A stretch of DNA of 64,000 bases from an uncultured delta proteobacterium (GTDB taxonomy: Bacteria > Desulfobacterota > BSN033 > UBA1163), in NCBI GenBank assembly GCA_963827685.1, contig CAWHBU010000002.1, positions 512,001 through 576,000 of the forward strand, written 5' to 3'. The translations under genes and the position numbers were made by a program. Of the stretch, positions 39,824-53,309 are shown piece after piece. Position 1 is the first letter of the stretch. Each line of letters starts with the position of its first letter. The notes below the pieces were generated by a model. It saw only the letters and a program-made list of their open reading frames with translations, searched no databases and was not told the DNA's origin.

Positions 39824-42130
39824 TTATTTTTTGAGTTTAATGAAAAGGAGAAATAGCAACCCACTGCTGATTTTGATCATGGCCATCATAAAGCAGGATT
39901 GCTTCAAACCCAGGATAGGCAATAAAAGGATACCTCCAAAGAGCCCTCCCAAGAAGCCTCCCAAAAGATCTGCTCCATACAGCAGGCCAGCGGTGTGGCC
40001 AAGCATTTCTCCCTTCTCAGGTGTCCCGAGATAGATCTTGGTCGCCAGAGGGAATTGGAGCCCAATCGATGCACCGGAGAGAAAGGACATGATCAAAAAC
40101 ACTGGATAGATAAGAAGAGAGATAGCTGTTTTTTCAAGGTATGGACCTGGGACGGAGAACACAAAAGGGAAAACAAATGAGAAGAAAATGATAACTATTT
40201 CTATTTTTAGAAATAGAAGTGAATCCCTTTTTATTCTATCCAGACGTTGAGTGATTAAGAAGCTGCTCAGTGCCACTCCAGACATAAAGATAGCTATGAG
40301 TAGGCCGATTTGATGGTAGAGATAGCCATAGAATGTTTGAAAGGTGAAGATGACGGCTAAATTGAATATCATCGCTGCTAATCCAGTAGTGAAGATGGCA
40401 TAGGGAATGGACTGCCTGGAGAGATGAGGCCTCTTTATAAAAATAGTTGCCATCAAGAGGGTGAAGAGGGCCATAAAGACAATCGATATTTGAAGACTGA
40501 ATCCTTCAAACCATTTAAAGATTCCCGTTAGGTATGGGGAGAAGAGGGCATTCCAGTAAGAAAGGCTCAGGAAGACACCTATAGGACGAAAATCGGAATT
40601 GATCTGAATCCTTTTTCTCTCCATCGACTGTAAAAACCATTTCATCCATCTTTCATGGAGCCGGTATTCGATATAACTTTTGGTGAAGAGGCTTGTTTGG
40701 ATTTTCCTCACCTCAAACCTTTTGATTACTTCCCCAGTAGTGATTTTTTCAAGCTGATCGGAATTCGAGGCTAAATAGAGATTGGTATCACCCGGGATGA
40801 TTCTCACTGATCGAAAAACGCTTTTTAAGGTATCAAGAATACACCCGTTCAAATCTCTTAATTCCGGACTGATATAGGTCAATGACCCGGGAAGGGTTAA
40901 AACGATGATTCCATCAGGGTTCATCTTCCCCTTGGCGGCGCTAAAGAATTCAGAAGAAAATAATCTATTGGTCTGTAATTCCTGGGGGGCAGGGATTCCG
41001 ACGAAAATAATATCGAATCGATCCTGAGTCCTTTTCACGAAGAACCGACCATCGGCATAGTGAATCCTGACTCTTTCGTCTGAAAGCTCGGATTGGGTGA
41101 GCGGTGTTGAAAATTGTTGAACTAATTTTAAGAGAAGGGGATCCAGCTCAACATAGTCCAGACGCTTCACAGGATATTTCAATATCTCGTGGATCATCCC
41201 CCCCACTCCACCACTCAGGATTAACACCGATTCAGGTTTTTCATGAAAGAGCATGGGAAAATGGACGAAATCATCGATGGAGGCAATGTCCGGCACAGGG
41301 GTGGTGATGGATGGAACCCCATTGGCAAAGAAGGTGAATTGTTCGCCTCTCTTCGTGACGGTGATATTCCCATAAATGGAGTTTTCATTGTGGATGACAT
41401 TTAGATTTCTCCACTGAGAATGGATGGAGGATTGGTGAATCGCGCTTGAGGTTTGGGGCAAGAGGCTATAGGTAAAGAGAAAGAAGAGAAGAATCGATAG
41501 AATCAAGAGAAAGATTTTAACAGGGTGGTTCGATAATCTGGGAGTAGGCCAAACGAGGATCGCCGACATCAGCGCATTCATTAAAGAAATGATAAAGGCG
41601 ATTTCAAAAGAATTGAGATATTGAATGAGAAGAAAGGTTATGAGTAATCCACCAATGATGGACCCGATGCTTTCGAGAGCATAGACCTTTCCAATGGAGG
41701 AAGCATCTTTTCTGATGTACTGGGAATAGAGTTTACATCCGTAAGTGAAAAGGGCACCATGAGGCAGCGTGACCGGCAGGAGGATCAGGAAAGAGGAATA
41801 AAAGATAGGCGCAAAGCCAAGTCCCTCTCCAGGAGTGGCAAGGAGGATGTTTTTGAATATTCGACAAAGGTAGATGGAGAAAGGGAGGGCTACGGAAAAG
41901 ACCAGTTGGAAAACCACATATGTCTCTATTTTCCTTTCCACCTTCTCCACGGATTTGCCAATGATGAAAGAGCCAAACGCTTCCAAGATCAGCCAGTTGG
42001 CGAGAATGATTCCGAGGGTGAGCTCGTTGCCAAGAAAAGAGATGAGAAGTTCCCTCATCAGGATGATCTGGGCAACGATACCGCTCATCCCCATAATAAG
42101 CAAAGAGACTTTAAGGAATGATGGTCTCAT
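39824..42130 (-). CDS. Membrane-fused spermidine synthase-like protein
   Basis: N- and C-terminal TM blocks; PESVLILSGGVGG, VELDP, DGR SAM-type motifs. Confidence 0.85.
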   Translation of the reverse strand: MRPSFLKVSLLIMGMSGIVAQIILMRELLISFLGNELTLGIILANWLILEAFGSFIIGKSVEKVERKIETYVVFQLVFSVALPFSIYLCRIFKNILLATPGEGLGFAPIFYSSFLILLPVTLPHGALFTYGCKLYSQYIRKDASSIGKVYALESIGSIIGGLLITFLLIQYLNSFEIAFIISLMNALMSAILVWPTPRLSNHPVKIFLLILSILLFFLFTYSLLPQTSSAIHQSSIHSQWRNLNVIHNENSIYGNITVTKRGEQFTFFANGVPSITTPVPDIASIDDFVHFPMLFHEKPESVLILSGGVGGMIHEILKYPVKRLDYVELDPLLLKLVQQFSTPLTQSELSDERVRIHYADGRFFVKRTQDRFDIIFVGIPAPQELQTNRLFSSEFFSAAKGKMNPDGIIVLTLPGSLTYISPELRDLNGCILDTLKSVFRSVRIIPGDTNLYLASNSDQLEKITTGEVIKRFEVRKIQTSLFTKSYIEYRLHERWMKWFLQSMERKRIQINSDFRPIGVFLSLSYWNALFSPYLTGIFKWFEGFSLQISIVFMALFTLLMATIFIKRPHLSRQSIPYAIFTTGLAAMIFNLAVIFTFQTFYGYLYHQIGLLIAIFMSGVALSSFLITQRLDRIKRDSLLFLKIEIVIIFFSFVFPFVFSVPGPYLEKTAISLLIYPVFLIMSFLSGASIGLQFPLATKIYLGTPEKGEMLGHTAGLLYGADLLGGFLGGLFGGILLLPILGLKQSCFMMAMIKISSGLLFLLFIKLKK

Positions 42131-42267
42131 GTGCTAATTCATTATCAATATCTTCGCCGTTTGTGAAGAGTGGGTAGTGAAATGAGGCTCTTCCGGGTTT
42201 TTCGTGGTTGGCTCACCTTGTAACCCCCTTTCATCCCCCCTTAATTTAAGGGGGGAATAGAGGGGGG

Positions 42268-43738
<1,471 letters not shown>

Positions 43739-43739
<1 letters not shown>

Positions 43740-44272
43740 TATTTTTTTTCATTTAAAATTCGAGCGCCTATATAAATGTATTGAGATCCAGATAGGATAG
43801 TGATGATGGCAGTTCCATAAATAGCGATCGTGGAGAGTTGTTTAAAGGTTGGGAAGTCCCATGCCAATAGAACGAAAAGGATTGTGACGATTTGAAAAGT
43901 AGTGGTCGTCTTGCTCAAAAAACTGGGGTTGATCTCGGGGCGATAACTGGTAAGAATCATCACAAGCATACCCACCAGGATGATGACGTCCCGGGTGATA
44001 ACGATGACCACCAGCCAGCTGGGGATCATTTCAATGATGGCAAGAGAGATGAAGGCGGCGGAGAGAAGGAGTTTGTCAGCAATGGGATCGAGATAGGCAC
44101 CCAATTCGGTCCGTTGATTCGTCAGGCGTGCGATGAGGCCGTCCATTGCGTCCGTAATCCCCGCAATCGCAAAAGTGAGAAGGGCCCAATCGAAATATTT
44201 ATTGATGATGAGGATGACGAATAGGGGAATCAAAAGGACTCTCGTTAACGTCAGGATATTGGGTAGGTTCAT
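43739..44272 (-). CDS. CDP-alcohol phosphatidyltransferase (PgsA-like)
   Basis: NLPNILT, DAMDGLIAR...LGAYLDPIADK. Confidence 0.93.
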
Positions 44273-44287
44273 CGCTTGCTGAATGAA

Positions 44288-44372
44288 TAGTTCGGAGTGA
44301 CTAGTTCGGAGTTCGGAGAAAAAGGGATTTCATTTTATTCTCCAAACTCTAACCTCCGAACTCAGAACTAAA
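44288..44372. repeat. Heptamer-built intergenic palindrome (agttcgg / ccgaact)
   Basis: Tandem 7-mers followed by their complements. Confidence 0.7.
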
Positions 44373-44378
44373 AATGGA

Positions 44379-45749
44379 TTAGGATGACTCGTAAATATTT
44401 TCAGTCTCCCCCTTATAGAGGTCTTTGAAGGTCGTGAATTTATCTAAAAAAGCCAGGTCGATCTTTCCGATGGGACCGTTCCGCTGCTTTCCGATGACGA
44501 CCTCTGCCTTGCCCCGATTCGGGTTATCTTCCGATCTGTTGTAGATTTCGTCTCGATAGATGAAAAGGATCAAGTCGGCATCTTGCTCGATCGCACCGGA
44601 TTCCCGGAGGTCTGAGAGCTGAGGCCTATTCCCCGTTCGTTCCTCGGTCTTCCGGCTGAGCTGAGAGACGGCGATCACAGGGATATTGAGTTCCTTGGCT
44701 AGCGCTTTTAAGGACCGGGAGATTTCCGAGATCTCCTGCTGTCGGCTTTCGACCCTTGCTCTTCCCTTCATCAGTTGAAGGTAGTCAACGATGACCATGC
44801 CGAGGCCACGGTCGGCTTTCAGGCGACGGGCCTTGGCTCTCAATTCCAGGGCCGAGAGGGCTGCCGTGTCGTCAATGTAGATGGGTGCTTCGGATAGATT
44901 GCCCGCCGCAATGGTCAGCTTTGGCCAATCGCTCTCGTTGAGATAGCCTGTCCTGAGTCGTGTTCCTTCCACATGGGCCTGCGAACAGAGCATACGGATA
45001 ACCAGTTGTTCCTTTGACATCTCCAACGAAAAAATGGCCACTGGAATCTTATTGTTGATGGCGGCATATTCGGCAACATCGAGGCAAAAGGCCGTCTTGC
45101 CCATGCTGGGCCTTCCAGCAATGATAATCAGGTCAGAGGGCTGAAAACCGGCCGTCATGCGATCCAGTTCTCTAAACCCTGAAGGAACGCCGGTGACGGC
45201 CTCCTTCTTTTGGAAGAGTTTTTCGATGGTGGCAAAACTCGCTTTGACGATTTCCCGGATGGGGTAAAAAGAGGGTCTCACCCTCTTCTCCGAAATCTCA
45301 AAGATGGCCCGCTCCGCCTCATCCAGAAACCCTTCCACATCCCCTCGATCCTCATAACTTTGGGTGATGATCTCCGTCGAGGTTTGAATCAACTTCCGAA
45401 GGATGGCCTTCTCTTTGACGATCTTGGCGTAGTATTCGATATTGGCAGCGGTAGGGACGGAATCGATTAAAGAGGCGAGATACGAAGCCCCGCCGACGGA
45501 ATCGAGTTGGTCAGTTTTTCGAAGTTCATTGGTCATAGTGATCAGATCGGCGGGTTCATCACGTTCTGAAAGGTCGATCAAGGCATTAAAGATTTTGCGA
45601 TGGGCATCCCGATAAAAGTCATCGGCGTCAAGGATTTCCGTCACCCGATTGATCGCTTCGTTCTCGATGAGGATTCCTCCCAGTACGGATTGTTCCGCTT
45701 CGATATGCTGGGGGGGAAGTTTGTGGGAGGAGAAGTCCGCCTCGTTCAT
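44379..45749 (-). CDS. dnaB: Replicative DNA helicase
   Basis: EAEQSVLG, GRPSMGKT, DYLQL, LRESGAIEQDAD, KQRNGP. Confidence 0.98.
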   Translation of the reverse strand: MNEADFSSHKLPPQHIEAEQSVLGGILIENEAINRVTEILDADDFYRDAHRKIFNALIDLSERDEPADLITMTNELRKTDQLDSVGGASYLASLIDSVPTAANIEYYAKIVKEKAILRKLIQTSTEIITQSYEDRGDVEGFLDEAERAIFEISEKRVRPSFYPIREIVKASFATIEKLFQKKEAVTGVPSGFRELDRMTAGFQPSDLIIIAGRPSMGKTAFCLDVAEYAAINNKIPVAIFSLEMSKEQLVIRMLCSQAHVEGTRLRTGYLNESDWPKLTIAAGNLSEAPIYIDDTAALSALELRAKARRLKADRGLGMVIVDYLQLMKGRARVESRQQEISEISRSLKALAKELNIPVIAVSQLSRKTEERTGNRPQLSDLRESGAIEQDADLILFIYRDEIYNRSEDNPNRGKAEVVIGKQRNGPIGKIDLAFLDKFTTFKDLYKGETENIYESS

Positions 45750-45755
45750 AAAACA

Positions 45756-46199
45756 TTACTCCTGGACCACCCAAACCTTCAGATGAGTGGTCACCTCGGG
45801 ATGGAGTTTGATCGGCACGTTAGACACACCCAAATTTTTAATCGGTTCCTCCAAGGCGATCTTTTTACGATCCACCTTAATACCATTTTCCTTCAGATAA
45901 TTCTCAATATCCATGGAAGTCACGGAGCCGAAAAGCTTTCCACTTTCTCCAACCGTTTTTGCAAAGGTGCAGGATAGCTTTTCGATTTGCTGACCCAGCT
46001 TTTCCGCATCCTTTTTTGCCTTTTCCATACGTTGTTGGATGAGGCGTTTTTGATGTTCGATCACCTTAAGACTTTTTTCTGTGGCGAGAACAGCCTTCTT
46101 CTGTGGGATGAGATAATTCCTCCCGTATCCGTCAGAGACTTTCACCAAATCTCCGGCTTTTCCCAAAGAAGTGACATTCTCTAACAAAATAACCTTCAT
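45756..46199 (-). CDS. rplI: 50S ribosomal protein L9
   Basis: MKVILL...GYGRNYLIP, GKLFGSVT; start at ATG 46199. Confidence 0.97.
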   Translation of the reverse strand: MKVILLENVTSLGKAGDLVKVSDGYGRNYLIPQKKAVLATEKSLKVIEHQKRLIQQRMEKAKKDAEKLGQQIEKLSCTFAKTVGESGKLFGSVTSMDIENYLKENGIKVDRKKIALEEPIKNLGVSNVPIKLHPEVTTHLKVWVVQE

Positions 46200-46522
46200 A
46201 GGATACCCTCCTAACGCCCGATTCCACCGGGCTGAAACCCTAAATCCTGATCTCGAAAAAGAAAAGAATCCCAAGTTCCAAATTACCTAGAAAATAGCTT
46301 TCTTAAATCCCTCCTAACCTCCCTTTGCCTGCTTTGGCAGGGAAAAGATACCAAAGGGAGGAACAATGCCCCGCTTTGGCAAAGAGGGGTGAGGGGAGAT
46401 TTTCCGATAAATATCCATTCAATGATGAGGCCCTTAATAAGTTAGATCATTTCGATTTTTTCATTTTGCACATTTGAAATTGTCTCGAATTGGTCCTTGT
46501 AGGATGCTTCGCCCGGATTTCG

Positions 46523-46562
46523 CCTGCCTTCGTCCCGCAAGGCGGGACTACGCGCAGGCAGG
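46523..46562. mobile_element. 40-bp CCTGC...GCAGG micro-element, inverted sibling of 24816-24849
   Basis: Reverse complement cctgcctgcgcgtag-tcccgccttgcggga-cgaaggcagg; flanks rejoin as tttcg|tgcttcg. Confidence 0.7.
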
Positions 46563-46599
46563 TGCTTCGAATTCAAGATTCTATATTTTTCCTCTTACT

Positions 46600-46863
46600 T
46601 TAACGAACGGCTGTCGTAAAGGGAAGAATGGCAATATTGCGTGCCCTTTTGAGAGCGACCGTCACTTGCCTTTGATGCTTTGCACAGTTTCCTGAGATCC
46701 TTCGGGGGATGATCTTTCCCCGTTCTGTAATAAAGTATCGAAGGATCTTTGGATTTTTATAATCAATATCCAATTTTTTATCCGTACAGAATCGGCAGAC
46801 CTTTCGCCTCATGAAAGGTTTTTTCTTCCTGTCGGGGGTTGTTCTCTCTGGGGGTCTCTTCAT
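46600..46863 (-). CDS. rpsR: 30S ribosomal protein S18 (zinc-binding form)
   Basis: CRFC...IDYK...[17 protein letters not shown]. Confidence 0.98.
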   Translation of the reverse strand: MKRPPERTTPDRKKKPFMRRKVCRFCTDKKLDIDYKNPKILRYFITERGKIIPRRISGNCAKHQRQVTVALKRARNIAILPFTTAVR

Positions 46864-46864
46864 T

Positions 46865-47248
46865 CTATTCTCCTTGTTTCTTTAACTTTTGTGTCTGGTT
46901 TTTCCCTTCGATCATCCGGAGATCTGTGGCGATCACCTCTGTGCGGATTCGATTTTTCCCTTCCGGCGTTTGCCAAGACCGTTGATTGAGTTTGCCGATG
47001 ACCATCAGGTGTTGGCCGCTTTGGAGAAGGTCGAGATTAAACTCAGCCAGTTTTCCAATGGCCACAATGTCTATCCGATTTCGACTTCCCTGCCCTGCAC
47101 CATTGCGGTGCAGGGTTTGACCCGTTATGTCCTCTGAGTCATGCAATTCCAGAGGGAATTGGATCACGGGTGACCCGTCTGGACGGTAGTGGCGCCGAGG
47201 GGAGGTAACCACTTTTCCTGTCAGGATCACACGGTTCAAAGAGGTCAT
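46865..47248 (-). CDS. Short SSB/PriB-like OB-fold protein
   Basis: [23 protein letters not shown]; no acidic tail; between rpsF and rpsR. Confidence 0.8.
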   Translation of the reverse strand: MTSLNRVILTGKVVTSPRRHYRPDGSPVIQFPLELHDSEDITGQTLHRNGAGQGSRNRIDIVAIGKLAEFNLDLLQSGQHLMVIGKLNQRSWQTPEGKNRIRTEVIATDLRMIEGKNQTQKLKKQGE

Positions 47249-47607
47249 GCCTTCTCCATAACCCCGGGTTCCTCCTCCGGCGTTTCATCGAGTGTCGGAC
47301 CTTCCGAAGAGGACGCTTGTCCTTCGCTCAATCGGACGGATTGAAACTTGATGACGGCATCCATGACTCGAAAATTTCTCTCTAATTCAGAGAGCAAAGC
47401 GGGCGATCCCAAGAAGTGGATCAGGATGTAATGACCTTTGGGTTTCTTTTTGACTTCGTAGGCGAGTTTTCGTTTTCCCCAATCTTCAACCTTTAGGATT
47501 TCTCCAGTGGCTTGAGTAATGATTCCTTTGACTTTTTCGATTACCGATAGGGCCTGTTCTTCTTCGAGATCGGGGTCCAAAATGAAGATGGTTTCATACT
47601 TCCTCAT
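47245..47607 (-). CDS. rpsF: 30S ribosomal protein S6
   Basis: MRKYETIFILDP...WGKRKLAY. Confidence 0.98.
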   Translation of the reverse strand: MRKYETIFILDPDLEEEQALSVIEKVKGIITQATGEILKVEDWGKRKLAYEVKKKPKGHYILIHFLGSPALLSELERNFRVMDAVIKFQSVRLSEGQASSSEGPTLDETPEEEPGVMEKA

Positions 47608-47662
47608 GTTTCACCTCCTCGTGGATTATAGCCCTAAAACAAAGTTTAGAGCAAGGGGGTTA
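47608..47662 (-). promoter_or_regulatory. Possible S6:S18 autoregulatory leader hairpin
   Basis: cccccttgctctaaac...gttttagggc hairpin directly before the GAGGAGG RBS of rpsF. Confidence 0.35.
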
Positions 47663-47755
47663 AAATTATGAATTAAGAATTGAGAATTATGAATTAAGAG
47701 TTTTCAATTATTTCTAAACTCTAAACTCATAATTCATAACTCTTAACTCTAAACG
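47663..47755. repeat. Heptamer-built intergenic palindrome (gaattat/gaattaa and complements)
   Basis: aattatgaattaagaattgagaattatg...actcataattcataactctta. Confidence 0.75.
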
Positions 47756-48091
47756 CTAGTCCGACTTCAATACATCCTGCTTGACCACTCCGGCAATATA
47801 GCCTCTGCTGACCTTCACTCTTACCTTGTCCGAGATCTCAACGGTGACTTTGTCGTCTTTGATGCCAGTAATTCGGCCGTAGATTCCTCCGGTGGTTAAG
47901 ACATTATCTCCCACCTTGAGGTTTGACAATAGGTTCTGATGTTCTTTCTTCTGCTTCTGCTGGGGTCGAATGAGCAGGAAATAAAAGATCACAAAGATCA
48001 AAATAATGGGCAGAAAAGTCATGAGTGAAGACCCTTGACCCCCACTCCCTCCCGGCTGTGTTCCCATTGCGTAAACCAGATCTATTCCCAT
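47756..48091 (-). CDS. yajC: Preprotein translocase subunit YajC
   Basis: FYFLLIRPQQK...GDNVLTTGGIYG. Confidence 0.96.
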   Translation of the reverse strand: MGIDLVYAMGTQPGGSGGQGSSLMTFLPIILIFVIFYFLLIRPQQKQKKEHQNLLSNLKVGDNVLTTGGIYGRITGIKDDKVTVEISDKVRVKVSRGYIAGVVKQDVLKSD

Positions 48092-48122
48092 AAATTCCTC
48101 CTTTTAAATCTTTACTTCGTCA

Positions 48123-49316
<1,194 letters not shown>

Positions 49317-49361
49317 TCAGACACTTAACACCAATCACCACTCACTATCACTACTCACAAA

Positions 49362-50390
49362 TTAAAGGATGAGCATCGCATCGCCATAACTATAAAATCG
49401 GTATTTTCTGCGAATGGCTTCTTGATAAGCCTTTATCAATAAGTCTTTTCCTGCGAAGGCTGATACCAGCATGACCAACGTTGATTTAGGCAGATGGAAA
49501 TTGGTGACCAACCCATCGATGACTCCAAAACGATAGGGAGGATAGACAAACAGGGAGGTCATTCCACTACCAGGTCTCACCCCTCCATTCCCATTGGAAA
49601 AGGATTCAAGGGCGCGCGTCGTGGTCGTTCCAACAGCAATGAGCTTCCCACCATGAGCTTTGGTGTCCTCAATTTCTCTCGCCGCTTCCTCTGATATCTC
49701 TATCCATTCTGCTTCCATGGTATGCTCTTCGATGTCCCGGGCCTTTACCGGGGCGAATGTTCCAATTCCAATATGGAGAGTGATCATCGTGGTGCGCACT
49801 CGGTTCTCTCTAAGGGATCGAAGCAAAGCGTCAGTGAAATGCAGACCTGCCGTCGGGGCGGCAATCGATCCATCTCTCTTCGCAAAAACGGTCTGATAAC
49901 GCTCCCTGTCCAAAGGTTCATCTCCTCGCTTGATGTAAGGGGGGAGAGGGATATGGCCGATCTTCTGAAGGATATCCGTTACCTCACCTTGATGGGAGAA
50001 GTTGACTTTTCCCTTTCCATCCTTGACCTCTCCTACCTGTCCCTCAAGTCCCTGCTCAAATCGGATTCGAGCACCTGGCTTCATTTTCCCTGCACCCTTG
50101 ATCAAGGCTTTCCATTCTCCTTTTACTCCATTCCATGAAGGGATCAGGAGCATCTCGATCCTTCCTCCAGTCTCTTTTTTCCCAATGAGTCGAGCCGGAA
50201 GGACACGGGTATTATTCATGACAAGGAGGTCGGAAGCATTTAGGTATTGAGTAATATCTCCAAAGGCTCGGTGCTCGATCAGGCCCGTCTGACGGTGGAG
50301 GATCATTAAAGAAGTCTCTCCCCTTTGGGGAGACGGATATTGAGCGATCAAGGATGTGGGAAGGTGGTAATCGAATTCTTCAATTCTCAT
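49362..50390 (-). CDS. queA: SAM:tRNA ribosyltransferase-isomerase
   Basis: PLPPYI, AAPTAGLHF, TNFHLP, YSYGDAM. Confidence 0.98.
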   Translation of the reverse strand: MRIEEFDYHLPTSLIAQYPSPQRGETSLMILHRQTGLIEHRAFGDITQYLNASDLLVMNNTRVLPARLIGKKETGGRIEMLLIPSWNGVKGEWKALIKGAGKMKPGARIRFEQGLEGQVGEVKDGKGKVNFSHQGEVTDILQKIGHIPLPPYIKRGDEPLDRERYQTVFAKRDGSIAAPTAGLHFTDALLRSLRENRVRTTMITLHIGIGTFAPVKARDIEEHTMEAEWIEISEEAAREIEDTKAHGGKLIAVGTTTTRALESFSNGNGGVRPGSGMTSLFVYPPYRFGVIDGLVTNFHLPKSTLVMLVSAFAGKDLLIKAYQEAIRRKYRFYSYGDAMLIL

Positions 50391-50520
50391 ATTCAGTTAC
50401 CTGAGATACAACTAAAACTCAATAAAATTAACAAAGTCCATCTGAATCTGCAAGTAAAATATTGGTTGAGTCGACGGCGCGAGCCTCACCGTCCAAGGCG
50501 GTGAAAACGTCTTCTCAGGG

Positions 50521-50549
50521 TTGACATTTTGGAGTTCTTCGATTAATCT
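50521..50549 (+). promoter_or_regulatory. Sigma-70 promoter TTGACA-N17-TAATCT for purM
   Basis: Consensus -35 and spacing. Confidence 0.55.
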
Positions 50550-50581
50550 AAAACATATTTTGTTTTAGGAAGAGGAGGAGA

Positions 50582-51622
50582 GTGAAGAAGGTTTCTTACA
50601 AGGATGCTGGGGTGGATATTGAAAAGGGAGATGCCTTTGTTCAGGCGATTAAGCCGATGGTGGAATCTACGTTCCGACCCGAGGTGTTGACGAAAATTGG
50701 TGGTTTTGCAGGGTGCGTTTCTCTCAATCTGGAACGTTATAAGAAACCGATTCTTGTCTCCTCTACGGATGGGGTAGGGACAAAGCTGAAGATCGCCTTC
50801 TTGATGAATCGTCATGATACGGTCGGGATTGATCTGGTAGCGATGTGTGTCAATGATATCGTGGTCAGTGGGGCAAAACCTCTCTTCTTCTTGGATTATC
50901 TGGCCACTTCAAAACTGGATACCGAGAAAGCGGCGAAAGTGGTCTCCGGCATTGTCAAAGGATGTATTGAGGCCGAATGTTCTCTCATCGGCGGCGAGAC
51001 GGCTGAAATGCCAGGCTTTTATAAAGTAGGGGAATATGATCTGGCTGGTTTTGCAGTAGGCATTGTGGAGGATGCTCAAGTGATTGATGGGTCGGGTGTC
51101 ACGGTCGGAGATAAATTAATCGGGATCGCCTCCAGCGGTCTCCACAGCAATGGATATTCTTTGGTTAGAAAATTGGTTCTCGATCAGCTTAAAATGGACT
51201 TGGAAGAGCGGGTCGAAGAGATTGGAGAAGTATTGGGTGAAGAATTGCTCAGGCCGACTCGCATCTATGCCAAGACGGTCCTCAACCTCACACGAGATTT
51301 CAATGTCGTCGGAATTGCTCACATCACGGGTGGGGGCATTACAGGAAACCTTCCGAGAATCATCCCCAAGGGCTGTAAAGCGATTGTCCAAAAAGGAACC
51401 TGGGATATTCCTCTCATCTTCTCCTTTCTGAAAGAGAAAGGGGAGATTTCTGAAGAGGAGATGCTTCGCATTTTTAATAACGGGATTGGAATGATCCTCA
51501 TCGTCAGATCCAAAGAAGTCGACGATATCTTAGTCAGGCTTCGCTCCTTGGGCGAGAAGGCCTTTATCATCGGCGAGGTGGGGAAATCAGAGAGGGAACA
51601 GGAGACGATCGAATTTGTCTGA
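50582..51622 (+). CDS. purM: Phosphoribosylformylglycinamidine cyclo-ligase
   Basis: YKDAGVD, TDGVGTK, GGETAEMP, SSGLHSNG. Confidence 0.98.
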   Translation: MKKVSYKDAGVDIEKGDAFVQAIKPMVESTFRPEVLTKIGGFAGCVSLNLERYKKPILVSSTDGVGTKLKIAFLMNRHDTVGIDLVAMCVNDIVVSGAKPLFFLDYLATSKLDTEKAAKVVSGIVKGCIEAECSLIGGETAEMPGFYKVGEYDLAGFAVGIVEDAQVIDGSGVTVGDKLIGIASSGLHSNGYSLVRKLVLDQLKMDLEERVEEIGEVLGEELLRPTRIYAKTVLNLTRDFNVVGIAHITGGGITGNLPRIIPKGCKAIVQKGTWDIPLIFSFLKEKGEISEEEMLRIFNNGIGMILIVRSKEVDDILVRLRSLGEKAFIIGEVGKSEREQETIEFV

Positions 51623-51759
51623 TCCCTCATTTTCCAATATCGTATCCTCTACCTGAATTAATATATCCAGCATACGCATGATCTATTCCTTAAACCATTA
51701 CCCGAACCATTCACGAGTTGGCGCTTGCCCATGCTCAAGAGAAGGGGTTAGAGATTACG

Positions 51760-53232
51760 ATGAAACAGCCACCAAATGAGCCAGAGGTGATTGTATTGGG
51801 TTCAGGCTTGGGAGGTTTGGTGGCTGGAACCTTATTGTCAAAGAATAACCATTCTGTCTTGCTGCTGAGAGAAAAAGGATACCAATCCTCCTATTCGACA
51901 AAAGGATACCATTTTGTACCCTTCTCGAACTTTTCAGAAAAATCTTTAAAGCCTCGCCTTGTTAGAAAAATATCTCAGGCATTGAACCTTTCTTTGCTGA
52001 TGGGAACCCGAGAAGATGGCAGGCAGGCGAAGGCCACTCCGGACAAATCAAAACAGAGGCCCACCCTTCAAATAGTGCTTCCCAGGGCAAGGATTGACAT
52101 TTTTGCTCAGCGTTCTCTATCCCAGAGGGAATGGAAGAGAGAATTTCCAAAAGAGGTCGTTCAGATCGAGGCATTTTATGATGAGCTGGACCAAATTCAG
52201 CCTCTTTTAGAAAAGGTAAATCGGAAGAGTCATCCTCCGGCATTTTTCCCCTTTCGAGAGCGTTCTTTGATCAAAAATATTTTTTCGTTCGACCCATTTT
52301 CAAAAGAAAAAATGGAGGAGAGACTCTCACCCTTTTCAAAAGAGTTTAGGGAATTCATTCAACTTCAACTGGTCTCTCGGGGGAATTTCTATTCAGATCG
52401 ATTTCCTCTCTCTTTGGTGACTCAGGTTCTATTCGATGGGACGCATGAATTGAATTCAGATATTGATTCAGAGAAAGTAGAAAAAGAACTTTTAAACCAA
52501 TTTATACGATCTGGAGGGAGGATTGAAGAAATCGACAGGGTGAAAGAGATAAACCTGGGGGGACGGAAGGGGATTACGCTAACCTTGGAAGGAAGCCCTA
52601 CGGTATTTCGATGTCAATCTCTTATTTTGAATTCCCCACTTCATCGCATTTCACCTTTCCTGGGGAAGAAAAGGAAGGGATTAGCAAAATGGGAGAAGAA
52701 GATCAAACCTTTGTACATGATGATTCCTTTGTTTTTAGGGATCGATGAAAAAGTTGTTCCAGTTGGCATGAAAGATCTTCTTGTCTCCACTTTGGATCTT
52801 GAAAAGCCCCACGATGATGGAAACCTCTTATTTCTTGCCCTTAGCCCGAAGGGAGACGAAACCAAAGCACCGGAGGGGAAGAGGGCACTCACCGTTGAAA
52901 GCCTGATGGATGTGGGGAAATGGGAACAAACTTCTCTGGTGGAATATCAGCAAGGAGTGATGAAGCATTTATATCATCTTTTTCCTTTTCTTGAGAATCA
53001 TATCGAATTTGTTGATTTCCAGTGGGCCAGTGATCATGTACCCCAGTGGTCTTTTTCACACTTTCTTTACGAGTCCACTTCTGATTTTTGTTGGAGGGAG
53101 GGAGTGGTTCCGATGAGGATTTCAAAAAACATTTACTTTGTTGGAAAGGAGAATTTTCCCTATTTAGGTCTGGGAGGAGAGGTCTTCAGCGGATTGACAG
53201 TGGCCCAACAGATTTTGAAGAAATACTCATGA
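51760..53232 (+). CDS. Phytoene-desaturase-like FAD oxidoreductase (divergent)
   Basis: VIVLGSGLGGLVAG dinucleotide motif; C-terminal IYFVG..FP.LG..G...SG. Confidence 0.75.
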   Translation: MKQPPNEPEVIVLGSGLGGLVAGTLLSKNNHSVLLLREKGYQSSYSTKGYHFVPFSNFSEKSLKPRLVRKISQALNLSLLMGTREDGRQAKATPDKSKQRPTLQIVLPRARIDIFAQRSLSQREWKREFPKEVVQIEAFYDELDQIQPLLEKVNRKSHPPAFFPFRERSLIKNIFSFDPFSKEKMEERLSPFSKEFREFIQLQLVSRGNFYSDRFPLSLVTQVLFDGTHELNSDIDSEKVEKELLNQFIRSGGRIEEIDRVKEINLGGRKGITLTLEGSPTVFRCQSLILNSPLHRISPFLGKKRKGLAKWEKKIKPLYMMIPLFLGIDEKVVPVGMKDLLVSTLDLEKPHDDGNLLFLALSPKGDETKAPEGKRALTVESLMDVGKWEQTSLVEYQQGVMKHLYHLFPFLENHIEFVDFQWASDHVPQWSFSHFLYESTSDFCWREGVVPMRISKNIYFVGKENFPYLGLGGEVFSGLTVAQQILKKYS

Positions 53233-53309
53233 ATCCTATCTCTCCCTCATCGCAAAAAAACTCACCCTCGGGCACAACCCTCCCCGCCTTTGGCGATAAA
53301 AGTTATCTA

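Noticed and set aside
46200-46274. N-terminal extension of L9, or remnant of the DUF2232 gene often found between rpsR and rplI
   Set aside because: Good RBS at ATG 46199; similarity to DUF2232 too weak to claim by eye.
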